A stretch of 64,000 nt of DNA from contig NW_021833026.1 in the NCBI RefSeq assembly GCF_006345805.1, positions 558,001 through 622,000 on the forward strand, read 5' to 3'. Positions 12,568 through 27,290 of the stretch are shown here, piece by piece. Both the position numbers and the translations under genes were made by a program. The notes beneath the pieces were generated by a model. That model saw only the letters and a list, made by a program, of their open reading frames with translations, searched no databases and was not told the DNA's origin. Within the stretch, counting starts at the first letter, position 1. Each line of letters opens with the position of its first letter. The stretch is from Octopus sinensis (taxonomy: Eukaryota).

Positions 12568-14149
12568 TTATGACTGATCGGAGATTCCCAATTCCTCATT
12601 CTGTTCTTGTGTCCTCTCGTACTTCCTCGTCTGTAAATTGTCATCTGGTTCCTCTCCCTTAGAATAACCATTGGACAACTCACAGTTTGAATACGGCAAT
12701 TTCCGGCCAAATCATTCAGAAAAATTTTGACCCCATCACCATATTCTTCTCTACAAATCTAAAAAACTTAAAAATACAAAACACCCGATCCAAAAACCCT
12801 ACAACTCGCTGACATTTTTCACGACACTCTTCGGGGGCACTGTCCCCGGTAACAAAGACAGAAGAACGGGCAACCTAACCAATGTAATAAAAACATGTAC
12901 CATATCCCTCAGTCCCATCAAAAGACCTTCAACAGTTGTAAAAGTAGAATCCATGCCAACACCAGCTGTGCTCTCAAATTCAATCTCCGGGATCATAACC
13001 TTAGTGGACTCAGTCTAAATTGAACATTAAAAATCTAAAAAGCAACCAAAATAACTTCTCTCATCAAATCAAAAGTCGAATTAATAAGAAGCTCACATTC
13101 GACTCCATAAGTCTGGAAGGGTTCGGCAGACTTGACTTGGCAGCTCTTAAATCCACAATTCAAACATTTGGTGGTCATGAATACGACGCTCGAAAAATGT
13201 GGGACGTCGATCTTTTGGACTCTCAACTCACATTCACGGCGACAGGCCAAACAAGTCTCTGGCATTAAATGCATTTTGAGTTCTAAATCATCTTCACTCT
13301 CGTTGGATTCTTCATTTTTTACACCCCTTTTTTCCTCATCCTTCGTTTCGTAAAATTGCTGTTTCGTTATTAAAATAACGCCACTTCAAGTCCGATGAAC
13401 AAATCCTGTTCTTTAGTCCGCATGTAGTGCTCTTCCACCAGCCGTCCTCCCTCCTCAGAAGAGTCACTAAAAAGATCAGACAAGAGGAATACAAGATTTG
13501 AATATAACTATTGCCAGATGGGTCATCCAAGACCTATTTTTAGTACATGATGAACAAACTAGTTTGAAATTCCCAGTTTTTAAACATTCGTTAAATTGAT
13601 CGGAAATGTCGTCGATTTTGTCAGCAATTTCTGGGGTTTCGAGCTAAAAATGAAATGTCTCGAAATACCCTTCTGGCGGGCTGCATAATATTCAAATCTT
13701 TAATAAAATCACTAATCAGCCCCTCGCATGTCGTCAGGACTATATATACACATATTTTATACGTGTGCGATTTTTTTCAGGGGGTAACTCAATTTCTACA
13801 TCCGGAAACCGAATTGTAGCGAACTCACTGCGTACAATCAATCTCAGCAAATCCTGAAATATCCTCAATTTAGTTAGAACCGACGGAGATGTGGCATGTA
13901 AGGTCCAAATGACTCCCTGTGTCTTGAAATCAGTGAAAGCCTGAACAAATCGCTTTTTGTAGCAACAAGAATCACAGGCAAATGAAGCGACAGAAACGAT
14001 TTGAAAATGAGGAATATCCATTAACACTGACCTAAGTATGCCCTTTGGATTAGTTGGGCTATCTTTACCTTATTGCCACAGTTTACGCACACCTCCTCAT
14101 GTTCAGTTAGGTCGCGCACATAATCTCGCTCTACGATGTGGTCAACCAT
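12568..14149 (-). CDS. ZPR1: Zinc finger protein ZPR1
   Basis: Two ZPR1 modules: CVNCGN...DIPHFQIVSVASFACDSC, TTCEGL, LDDPSGNSYIQ; CLACRRE...DVPHFSSVVFMTTKCLNCGFKSCQVKS, IPEIEFE, FTTVEGLL. Confidence 0.9.
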
Positions 14150-14366
14150 CACTAACAGAATAAAACGTGATTTTATTTTTTATTTTTATTGTAATTATAT
14201 TTTATTAATATAAATTTTGCCCCATCAGCATATTTCTTCCAATTCTTCCCTTTGACTCGTAAAAATAAAGCTTAAAGTCTTTCGAGTAATTTATATGCTT
14301 TAATAAATATTTTCATAAAAACTAAACAAATGTGGGAAATCAAACCAAAATAAATAATCAAATATA

Positions 14367-15605
14367 CTATAAATATTTTTTGCATTCAATAATTGTAGCA
14401 ACGACTAGGAAACGATTCCTCGAGAGATCTCGCACAGCCTGAGTAAAATGACAAAATCCAAACCTTGAGGTACTCCTCCAACTCAATTGCCCCCCTTTTA
14501 AACCCCTCTCCCAAATAATACATCAAATCCTCAATCGAACTCTCCTCGCAAATCAAATTAAATATTCTATCAAATCAGCAAATCAAACAACTGTTTATGA
14601 AGTGGATAAACAGGCTCGAATAACTCAGTCAAAGAGGGGAAGGGGTCACTATTTGCCGAACACAGGGATTTGTACTCCACTTCCACAGCCTTCTTTCGAC
14701 TTTTACAAAAGGACACCCCCGAATCCATATCATTCAGAATATCCCTCAAAATGGACTGTCGTGATATCAATTCTTGCCGTTTCGACTCAAGCAATGACAA
14801 ATTTGTCTAAATAACCAAAAACTCACAACTTTTATTTGAGACTCGATCCCTGTTTTCAGTCTCGTCAGCTTCTCAGAAGCAGCGGAAATGAGTGACAGAC
14901 GGATTACGTCATCGATGGAGTCCCCTCTATTGGTGGAAGGTTGGGGACAGGCATCAGATGTGGGATATGGTGTGGCACGTGGGTAGACCTGTTCTTGTGG
15001 AAGGTCCCCGATCGCTGTCATTTTACGGTTAAATAAGACCACGGACAAATAACGGAATTTTTATGGAGAAAACTTGTTGTAAATTAGCACATAGATTTTG
15101 TAGAGATGATGTGTGTTCCTACATTTAGAAATAAGACTAAAACCTTCCATTGGTGAATATATTGAGTAAAGACTTGTCCATTGGGGGCGAGTTGTTCGCT
15201 CACATTCACAAACATGTTGTCACGTGGATCGACATAGACTAGTGGTGGCACATGAGGAAAATATTGCCGGAGATAAATTATGATGGGAATGTTGTAGGAT
15301 GAACCTGCCATTCGAAATAGGAATTATCACCTCTGTAATTTACTTGGATTGTGCCTCGGAGTGAGAAATAGACTTGGTAGAACCCATTTTCCTGATGTTC
15401 TATATAGAGTGAAAGAAGAGTACTATTTGGATGGTAGAATGCACTTAGCCCTTTATATATGTAAATGGTGTCTAATATTTGCTTGTTTGCCTTGCTGACG
15501 TAGTTGTAGTTACTCTACAAACAGTCATTAGAATTGTATAACAGTTTGAAGCTTTCTATAAACCTCATTGGCTGGAATGGGCACACAAACATCTCGGTTG
15601 GGCAT
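14367..15605 (-). CDS. TSG101: TSG101/Vps23 (ESCRT-I)
   Basis: UEV domain LRGTIQVNYRGSSYNIPIIIYLRQYFPHVPPLVYVDP; C-terminal SB domain PLHKQIFNLICEESSIEDLMYYLGEGFKKGAIELEEYLKAVRDLSRNRF after splicing. Confidence 0.9.
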
Positions 15606-16116
15606 CTCTCACCACAGGCAAATAAAATTATAATTCATTAATTAAACTAATTTCAAATAATCAACTTTAAAATCAGATGCACAAAAAATAGTTCCGCGTT
15701 GTCAGAATAATATACATTATTTAAATGCGTGTTTCAAACCTAGAATAACCAAACGAACAACTAAATGTTGCCACTTTTGAGGAGATCATTCGGGAGGACA
15801 ACATACCCAATGACACACCCGCCGCCCCCTACAGAAAATGTGCGGAAACAAGGAAAGAACGCCAGGCAAAAATGAGGACCCTCCTTAGATAAGCTGGGAT
15901 CACCTGATTAGTCATTCTGAATTTAGGACGGTGATCTTAGTTGAATAATAATAATTGACTTGCACATCAATAAAATTAATTTAAACGTCACTAACCGGCA
16001 TGTGCAGAGAATAACTGCGTAATAAATCACAGCAATATCAGGAAAGTGGAACACGACTACCAAAATTAAAAAAGATTAATTAAATTTCGTAATTATAGCC
16101 AGCAATGTAACCACAA

Positions 16117-17561
16117 CTAAGGCGAAATAAAATCTCCATCAAAAGAATTATTCGAGAAATCGTCATCCCTAAAAGTAACAACAAAAATCCAACCGAACTG
16201 TTAAAAAACTGTCAATAACTTTATAAAAAGGCAGCCTCTCAATTCCCATCATATCCCTGACATAGGGAATCATCACTTTTGGAAGTGTAGAAATAGCATC
16301 ATCCAATTTACTGGGAGATGTGTTAGTACTCAGACTAAGTCCCATCCGATTGAGAACTTCCAAATCATTGTACACTTGAAACACGTCATTAAACTTGAAC
16401 ACATACTCAGTCCTACCAATATGAATGTCCATTACTTGTCGTGAGATATACTGCAGTCAATCACAGTGTCCCGATCAGTGCTCAGAATTATAAAGGGCAG
16501 TCGGATTATCGAACTGGGGGGAAGTGTGCCCTGTTCGTCCACCAATTTCTTGTTCTTGTTTATCAGATTGCGAAATGACAGTTGCTGCATGCACAACTGC
16601 TGCACTGACTCAACTTTGTCCCTTATTTTCGAAATGAGGCGTTCCTTCTCGTTCTTCAGAGTTTATAAATCAGAGAACCTTCAGTTTGACACATTCCTGG
16701 ACTGAGGAAATTGGCATTCCGACCCATTTAATCTCCTTCTTTTCCTTAGAAATAATATTGACAGCCATCAGCACGTTCAAAGCATCATAAACTCTCCTTC
16801 TTATATTCTTTTGGTCGTATATTGCTCCCTTCAGTAAATATAAAACGTTCTACACATTTGAATATGGCAACATTCCGTCCTTTAATTCATTTTCCAGTGA
16901 CTCGGCCACCAACTCTTCCGCCACTTCGTTGTACGTCGTCACTCCCCGTCTTTTCACGAATTCACAGACTTTCACGGAAAACTGCCGAAGTCCGCGGTTT
17001 AGTCTGTCCGACTGTGCCAATACCTCTCCACTAGTATGACTGTATATGTTATACACATCATTTTTTGTTGTCTTTTGTGGACTGGGGGTGTCGTAACTTC
17101 CGCTGAGGAATATATAATTAGTTGCATGACTCAGAGAAGGCTGTTCGGTCTTGAGTGGCACAAACGATGGCCGGACTTGTTTTATTGGTCTGTTTGCTAC
17201 CACAGATCCATTATTTCCCAACAATTTGACTAAAATGACACCAAAACGGTCACCTGATGTTATTCTGCTTGGAGTTGCCTTCTTTAATGTCTGAGGGTTT
17301 ATCTTGAGGACTTTCACTGGCATCTATTGGCATTAGTTGACTCAAATTCACCGTGTTTACTGGCTGTTCGGTGGTTGGTTCACTGTCATCGGCTGGTCTT
17401 GGTCGTTTGGCTGAATATTGAGTACAATAATACCTTGGCTGGCGGAATCGTTCGGAGGTGATAATGCCTCCTTTTTTATCCTAACTATTTGTTTTATTTA
17501 TTTATAATATTCGATAATAGTATATTATTTAATTTTCTTATAAATAACCATCACTCCACAT
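16117..17561 (-). CDS. TFDP1: DP transcription factor (E2F partner)
   Basis: [81 protein letters not shown]; acidic tail DDDFSNNSF. Confidence 0.93.
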
Positions 17562-18019
17562 CACTAAATAATGTCTTATTTTTTAAGATTATTTTTATGG
17601 CAGTATTAATTATAGCTAACCATCTTAATTTAATAATAACATTTATAAAATTATTAAAATTATTATTTAATTAATTGAAATGACCAAACTCACATAAATA
17701 ATGAGGGATCCATTTCATAGAAGGCTTTCCCTAGAATTCTTTCCTTATGTAATATTTGGATAATAAGTAAAATAATTAAATCATAATTTTCCATTTTCTG
17801 TAATTCATTTGTTAACAGTTTTCTGAAGAGGCCATTTATGTTTATCTAGAAAAATATTCAACTGCACTTTTTATAAAAATAACCAACTCAGTTTGTTGTG
17901 TTCGTCCACCATTTTATTTTTAAAATCATTTTTGGTATAAATACATGAAAATAAACTATTTGAATTAATTAGAAGCCAATTAAAGATATCCAAAGTATCA
18001 ACAAATTATGTGCTTAGAA

Positions 18020-18720
18020 CTCGGCGTGTATAGGTGCAGCCCGCGGGCCTCATATGAAACAGTAATGTTTAGTGGAGTAATGCAACAGTACCGTGCAGTC
18101 CGATTGTTTGATATGTAGCCAGTTAATCGCTATACCGAAAGAATACAACTTAAAAAGGTATTCCAATCATATTTTGAAGGTACTAAGTTATTTATAAACC
18201 AAAATGTCCACCGCGTGTTTCAAAGCTAAATAAGTTAAGAAATAATTTGACTTTGTCACAGACTCATTTCACAAAAAATTACAATCGAAGTATTGCATCA
18301 GTTACTGCAGAATGTTTGCAGTGGATGGGTAATTATATTGTAACGCTGATTTCATCAAACAATGTCTGGTAAAAACAGCCAAAATTATTTGTCCAGATAA
18401 TGCGCCATTTGCTTTGATTCTTTCTATGCAGATAAAAGTTTGCAAATTGAATTGTTGGAGATCCAATCGGATACTAAAGGCCAAATATTTTGAGGTTCTA
18501 ATACCTGCTTTCTTTACGCATCTTTCTGAAAAGTTTGAAAACTTTAAAAATTTTGCTACCAAAATAATTGCAATATTTGGTTCGACAGATTCACAAAAAC
18601 TATTCATAAAATACGACTCAAATAAAAATTTATCAGGTTTAATTAAAATCGTGACTGTACGAATAATTGAGCCCAGTAAAATTGTATCAAAAAAATGTCA
18701 ATTATCCGGAAGTAACTTTA
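18020..18720 (+). mobile_element. Internally deleted SPIN/GTF2IRD2-like hAT transposase remnant
   Basis: ADFIKQCLVKTAKIICPDN (close DNA match to 60540-60620, opposite strand) joined directly to the C-terminal LSEKFENFKNFATKIIAIFGST; stops and frameshifts. Confidence 0.7.
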
Positions 18721-19048
18721 AGCACGATTAAAAATAGTGATTACATATTTAAATTTTCTTCTTTTTAATTTTTCATTAAAATAAATAATCTTTCCGGGAT
18801 GAAAATTATTATAAATGCGGCTCTCAAAGCGAAATGAGTTATAAACCCCTGCTCTAGAAGAATATTTAACAGGACTTTTAAAAATAGACAGTCTAATTAT
18901 AGTCTAAAATTTCATTTTTAAAATCATTTTTATTGTAAATATAAGCAAATAAAATAATTGACTTAAAATAAAGTCAGCTTTCTTGTAATTCTACCAATTA
19001 AATGTCAGGAAAAATAGATATTACGAAATATATTTATTACTTATCAGA

Positions 19049-19990
19049 ATGGGATTGACATTAATTGGTTTTAAGAGTGAATTAATGCTATTTCAGTTCT
19101 TGGACACCTTGGAAAAGTCGGCTATCTGTTTCAGGAGGTCGGGGATCCTGCGGGTTATTAAAAAACAGAAACCTCATATAGCAGGATTTCTTGCCTCTAA
19201 ATATGGAATGGTTGACAAACTATCTATCACTGAAAACTTCCCAAGAGAGGCTCATTTGCAATATTTATCGAATCAAATCAAGAACAAATCATTTCATTCT
19301 ATTTTGTTCAGATGTGAAGAGGATTCTAATGTTCACATTAAAATGTCTAGTGAGTGGTTCAACAAAGAGAACAATAAACCAAGAAGTGAAGCTTTTTATT
19401 GTATCTTGCAAGATCAAAATTTGTTCTTTCTACGTGTGGGGTGCTGTGCGATTATTGCAAGAAAGCTAAGAGGACAGTAGACCACATGGCTACCCGGTGG
19501 AATAGAATGCTAAACAGTGACTATGTAAGAAGGCACGACGAGGTTGTGAGATGCATCTATTTACACGTTTGCAGACATTTTGAAGTAAAGAAACTAAGAA
19601 GCTAAAGTCCCATTTGGTCCAATCTATAATGTCGAGATATAGTTTATCGACCCAAAATGTCGAGATACGGATAGATGCATCAATATCGACAAATACCCAA
19701 GTTCAGTTCAATAAGGGAGATATCTTTACGACAAGCTGAAGAATGAGATTACTATAGTTGAAGTAGGAATTACATTGCGGGGAAGACTCAAGCAAACCGA
19801 AATGGAAAAAGTACATAAATACGATCTTCTGGCTGGAGAACTAAAGATAGTTTACGGGTCACCTGTGAAAATTATTTCATTTGTGCTGACATGGGACAGA
19901 GTGGTTTCAACGTAAAAAAGCCTATATGAAAAAATTATTAGTTAAAGCCCCGATGAGAACATATATTCAGGTACTTGTGATAAAGATGAC
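19049..19990 (+). mobile_element. Degenerate 3' fragment of an RLE-type non-LTR retrotransposon
   Basis: FKSELMLFQFL, RSEAFYCILQDQNLF, CDYCKKAKRTVDHMATRWNRMLNSDYVRRHDEVVRCIYLHVC; related to the 41-44.5 kb element. Confidence 0.85.
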
Positions 19991-20191
19991 ACTAGAAAGC
20001 AAGGATAGTTCTCTCAAGAGAAGAAAACCTCCGGAGACCTAAATCAATAAATTAGTTAATTCCTCATTTTGGATTTAGTTACTTATCGGTTTAAAAAATT
20101 TTATTTATATAACCACGAATCCTAATGCACTTGTAATATAAATTCCTACAGATTTAAAGATAAATGAATAAAAACAGACTTAAACAAATTA

Positions 20192-21835
<1,644 letters not shown>

Positions 21836-22703
21836 ATGGCAGCAGGTCCTGTGACAGAAAGAAATCAAGATGCAACAGTATATGTGGGAGGCATTGACGA
21901 AAAAATTAACGAATCAATTTTATGGGAATTATTCTTACAAACAGGACCAATTGGTACTCTCATAATTCGATACTTGCAGTAAACGTCCACATTCCAAAGG
22001 ATCGTGTAACTGGAAGACACCAAGGATTTGGGTTTGTGGAATTTATGAGCGAAGAAGACGCAGATTACAGTGTCAAAATAATGAACATGATTAAACTCAA
22101 TGGGAAGCCAATAAAAGTAAACAAAGTAACATTTTATGATCACTTTTTTGGCTTCTGCACATTCAAAAAATATGGACGTGGGTGCAAATATTTTTGTGGG
22201 GAATCTCGCACCAGAAGTGGATGAAAAATTACTACACGACACATTCGGGGCTTTTGGGATGATAATGCAGGAACCGAAGGTACATTCTGGTCCCCAATTT
22301 CAGATTATGCGAGATCCCGATTCGGGTGTTTCGAAGGGATATGCTTTTATTAATTTTGCGAGTTTTGAATCCTCGGATGCGGCCATTGAGGCAATGAACG
22401 GGCAGTATTTGTGCAACAGGGCCATCACCATTTCATATGCCTTCAAGAAGGAAATCAAGGGAGAACGACATGGCTCTGTTGCCGGTGTGTTTTTGTTGTT
22501 TTATTTTTATTTTAGAGAGGATTCTTGCTGCACAAAATCCGCTTGCTCAGACTGATCGTCCTCATACTCTGTTTGCTGATGTTCCGCCTGCTTTTAGGAA
22601 TCAAATGCCTCCTTTCACGGGATTTAATCCATGTAGTTGTTTTTATTTTATTTCAGCAATGTTTATGCCCTCTCCTGCAAATAATTACCCTCCTAATGTT
22701 TGA
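21836..22703 (+). CDS. SF3B4: Splicing factor 3B subunit 4 (SAP49)
   Basis: [79 protein letters not shown]; short Pro-rich tail. Confidence 0.97.
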
Positions 22704-22860
22704 TTTTATTACTTTTTGAACTTATTATTTGTTTTGGAAAAGATTAATTCTTGTTTTAGTGTATATTAATTAGTATTTTTACTCTTAATGTTGATGGATG
22801 GTAGTTTTTTGATATAAAATAACTATTTTCACTCTTTTTTCACAGTTAGTAATTAGTTTG

Positions 22861-24330
22861 TTATTGTTGATGGTTTTGGGGGTTTAAAAATCTTCTTTTC
22901 AATTCTTTAGCCATCAAACCACGTTCTACAGACGTGTTGTTGAGAACGGAAGAATTTTCAGCAGCTCTTCTCGACAGGTAAGGCAATACATCCATGAGAA
23001 GTCCATAGGGGACACTTTTGTAGACATTGTACCCTGACATTCCCAGAGCGTATGTCACGTTGTCAGATACACCATAAAGTTGGCCAAACGAGACATATTT
23101 GGATGTGGGGTTGATATCTAATTTTTCCATTAAATCGACCACTTTAAGAATCGACTGCTCATTCTGTGTGGCTGCAATCAGACTGTACTTGTTTTCTTTT
23201 TTGGAAATTTTATTGAGGATGTGGTAGACCACTCGATCGTACATTTCCGACGTCTTTTCGAACGATTCATTGATAGGATTTGGAACTTTATTTGAAATGG
23301 CAGATTTTGTCTCAGACTCCATATAGGCACCCCGAACAATTTTAGCTCCCCAACAACGATTGTTGCCTTGAACTGTATCCAATTCCTCCAATAACGTGTC
23401 AAATGCAGTTTTTAGATAACACTGATGAGTATTCCAAACCATCGGTTTAGCTTTGTTGTGCTTGAACATCAAAGCTATTGTAAACAACTGAATTCCTCTG
23501 TTGAGCATTGTGTATTCCGCATCAACGAGGAGTCTTACCCCCTCGTTGATTGCACTTTCTCCAAACTTTCGGAGACATCCGACCGCATTCGACAAAAACA
23601 ACTGTTCGCTGGGTGTTAATGAATTGAAAATAGTCTGTTCTAATTTGACGTTATCTTCATTGAGCAATTTAAGCAGTTCAAAGACATAAAAACGAAAATC
23701 CTCCACTTTTTGAGTCCTTAAACCAAGTTCTACCAACAAAGATTGAGGAGCAAATGCGGTCATTTTGAAATGAATCATAGGAATGACATGGCCACACAAT
23801 TTACGAGCAATTTTGACACAATTTAGTGACCCTGAAAGGTTAATTAAGAGTTTATTGTGATATTTTCCACGTCCAGAAATTCTAGCCAAATCGTCTTCAC
23901 AAGCCAACATTAACAAAATGTTTATTCCTCGTTTATTCAAGTTTAATGAGACCTTCTCAAGCTCATCTTCCGTTTCTCCGCCGGCGAATTGCCCGTAAAT
24001 TGTGGATTTCATCAAATATTTAAATAATCGTTCTCTTAGTAAAAATTTAGTGGCCTTCATTAAAAAAATGGAATGAACTGAAATCAGCCGGAATGAACAT
24101 ATGTACAACACAACTATTGCTCTGAGTAGTTCTGCGTTGGTTTTAATATTCAGAGATTTTTCGATATTTTTGAAATCAGGTCTACAAATTTTGAGTTTTG
24201 GTAGGGTTTTTCTATATTTGACTATGTTACTATTCTCCTTCCATAAAATTAAAGATCCCCCGTGCGATGAACGGAACAAATATTTGGGGAATGTCTTCAG
24301 AATCTAGAATAATATAAACTATATTACCAT
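22861..24330 (-). CDS. PRODH2: Hydroxyproline/proline dehydrogenase, PRODH2-like
   Basis: YGQFAGGET, FKMTAF, LLVDAEYT, WNTHQCYLK, KIVRGAYM, GQLYG, VYKSVPYG, PYLSRRAAEN. ATG at 24330, a single 24-nt intron (24304-24327), then a 1443-nt exon. Confidence 0.85.
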
Positions 24331-24548
24331 TTTCAAAAAATGCATGAATAACGATCAATGCGTAAATGGATTGATTTATAGTTCAAATGACGTAATTTTT
24401 TATTCGAAATACTTATAATGCTTGGATATATAAAGTGCATAATGTTCTATAAACCAGCTGTAATTATTTAATTTTTATAGTTTTGCAACATAAATATTGT
24501 TCATTTCGTGACTTGACTATTCTTATCATAAAAAGTGATTTAAAATAC

Positions 24549-24946
24549 TTAAATACTTTATTAACCAAAAGACCAGGGTAAGCCAGTTAATTTTCATCCT
24601 GGGGTCAATTCTCGTTATCGTTCCCCTGCCCGCGAGGCAATGAGTACTTCTGGCACGACACAGCTGAAAAATGGGGATCTCTCAACTTCCTTTCGGTCTT
24701 AACGTGGCGTTATGGGGTCCACCATGCCAGTTGGAACTTCCAATCGAATATGGAAACGCTCAGGAGGCACTTAATGCCTACCGAAAAAGGACTTCTAGAA
24801 CTCTGACCCTGAAACATTGTCGTCTCAGTACGATCATTGTGGGCAGGATAGAACCTTTCAGAAGGATCTCCCTCGCTTGAATCGGGGATCACGGGGGATT
24901 ATAATTAACTGGCTTACCCTGGTCCTTTGGTCAATAAAGTATTTAA
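24549..24946. mobile_element. MITE-like element with 44-bp terminal inverted repeats
   Basis: 24549-24592 ttaaatactttattaaccaaaagaccagggtaagccagttaatt versus the reverse complement of 24903-24946 (2 mismatches); GC-richer core with no convincing ORF. Confidence 0.7.
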
Positions 24947-25112
24947 AATAAAATGATTAAAAATAAAATGGTTAAAAATTATTTATATCTTTAAAAAATA
25001 ATTGTTTGTATATCTAAATATTTAATTTGTTAAATTAATAATTAGTGTAATAATTTAAATATTAAATAGTGTACACGTTATCTGTTTGCCGTGTGTTTTT
25101 TAATTTCTTAGA

Positions 25113-25373
25113 ATGGATCAAGTTTCTGAACTTGTAAAACCTTTAAAAAAATATTACGTGGATTATCGCCGATTCTTAAACAAATGTGAAAGACCAGATG
25201 GCCGAGGTATATCATTATTTTTACATTTATAGAGTTTAGAAAAATAGCATCTGCCACATCAATAGGTTTTGCCATAATAGGTTTTATTGGTTACTTCATT
25301 AAACTCATCCACATTCCTATCAATAACATCATTGTGTATGCCATTGTGTATACATATGTTTAGAGGACATTAA
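25113..25373 (+). CDS. SEC61G: Sec61 gamma subunit
   Basis: [68 protein letters not shown]; introns of 26 and 28 nt. Not in the ORF track. Confidence 0.96.
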
Positions 25374-26559
25374 TACTCATTAAATCTTTTTTCGGACTTG
25401 TTAATTTTAGTATTACAATAAAGCTTTATTTTCTGTTAAATATAATTTGTGACATAAGACTATTTAGACAGGAAACGAGTCTGGGAACCACATTATAATC
25501 AAATTGACTAAATTCTTTGCAAACAGAAAAATAGAACATTCTTACGGGATTTTAGATCATGTAGAGGTGCTTTCGTGGAAAGTGACGTTGCCTTGTTTGA
25601 CATCAGAAGTCGTTTTGAGGAGCGTAGTTTTTTAAGGTCAAACGGCAAGGATACCTGGTTGAGAGATTATACTCTTCACATGCCATTGAACGTTATTTAG
25701 AATAAATAGAGACAGACTCGAGGAGTTACCTGGACTAATACAATGGAAGGAATTCTGGAGACGAACACATTTGGAGGCTGCCGTACAATGCACAGACAAA
25801 CCATTCAGTTGTCCCTGTACTGAGCAAAACAGAAGGATCTTTGACTACTGCCAGAAAACACAATGCCAAAGAGTTAGGGATGAAAAATCTCTTTAATACT
25901 GGATAGGTTCTTAAAGAAAATCAATAATCTTATTCGCACGGTAGCTAAAAATATGTGTAGATCTTTTTCGGTCTTGATTTTATGAATTAGCCGACTTAGA
26001 GGACCCAAAGGACGTACATTGGTCACCTGATCCCGGTTCTCAAATCAATCAACCGGAGGTTAAAAAGTGGGGATGATTTGGATGCAATGAGGAGCTTTGC
26101 ATGCAAAAGGTTGGAGATGGAAAAAAGATTATCTCAAAATCGTTTCAAGTGCCACACGTGTGGAAATATAACTATTATGTTTTTACTTCCAATAATAATA
26201 AATAAAATGTGTCTTTGATGGCTTGTATGTGTTCAAAATTAAGCATAATGTAGATTATTTTGTTGATTTTTCAAGGAATTTTATCAAAAGAGTAATAATT
26301 TATTTCCAAATACTGATCAAAATGTTTCAAGCGAATGAAATTTGATATGAGCTTTATATTAAACACAATTGAAGATGCAAAAAATATTGCACCATGTTTC
26401 TTTTGAATGGTAGAATTTAACTCCGCGTCATATCAAATAAATAGACTTAATTTACAAATTGATCGAGTTAATAATTTAGTAAACAATGAAAAATAATTTC
26501 AGTGTTGACGTAAATGAGTTTGATGTTTTAATATTTATTGTTACCCCAGGATCACCGGG

Positions 26560-27183
26560 TTATAAGGAAAAAAAGAGAAAAGTCCTAGCTAACCAATTGA
26601 TCCCAGACCATAGCAATGGACGGCATGTCGATAGCTCGAAACTGGGACGATAGAGGGGACTCGCAGGAATAGAGGCTTCCTCATCATTTTTTGTTGCCTT
26701 TTGATGAGAACTGCATCCATGGTGTCAGATAAAAGGTTCCGGCCAATCAATCTTTTGGCGGCTTCATGAATTGTGGATAATTTCATTAAGTAGGAGCGGA
26801 AGATGGGCATCTACTACGATTCGCTTGCGTAGGTTAGAGTCGGGTATATGAATTGATGATATACAGTTGATAGGCTCTTAGCGTTCCTGCAGAGGGGTTT
26901 TGAAATCAACTTCAGGATTTTCATTTTCATGAGCCCCGCCGTGACCCGGTTTTCGACATGTTTTTCCAAATTTGAGTCCTTGATCCAAGGTTACTCAAAG
27001 GATCGTTGGCGTGGCCGTAAAAGATATTGTCTCGTTGTTAATTGTGATTAAAAGTCTTCTCAAATAATGTTGTTTGCAAGTGGTGAATAAGGTTACAAAA
27101 GACTTCGCGGGCGATACTTTCAGTCGAAACTAAATCAAATGCTTTTGTAATATCCAAAGACACAAGAACAGTCCTTAAGAGAG
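26560..27183 (-). mobile_element. APE-type LINE, 3' part of reverse transcriptase (degenerate)
   Basis: LRTVLVSLDITKAFDLVS, VTLDQGLKFGKHVE, YHQFIYPTLTYASE; continues from the piece at 32084-33520. Confidence 0.75.
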
Positions 27184-27290
27184 TCCTTAAGATTGCATTT
27201 TTTTTTATAGTCTTAATAATAAAATGGTATGGTGTGTGTCTGTCTGTCTGTCTGTCTGTCTGTGTGTGCACACCAACTTCAAATTGGCAA

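Noticed and set aside
25450-26200. LTR integrase/RNase H remnant
   Set aside because: Coding-like composition but no motif I could align with confidence in any frame.
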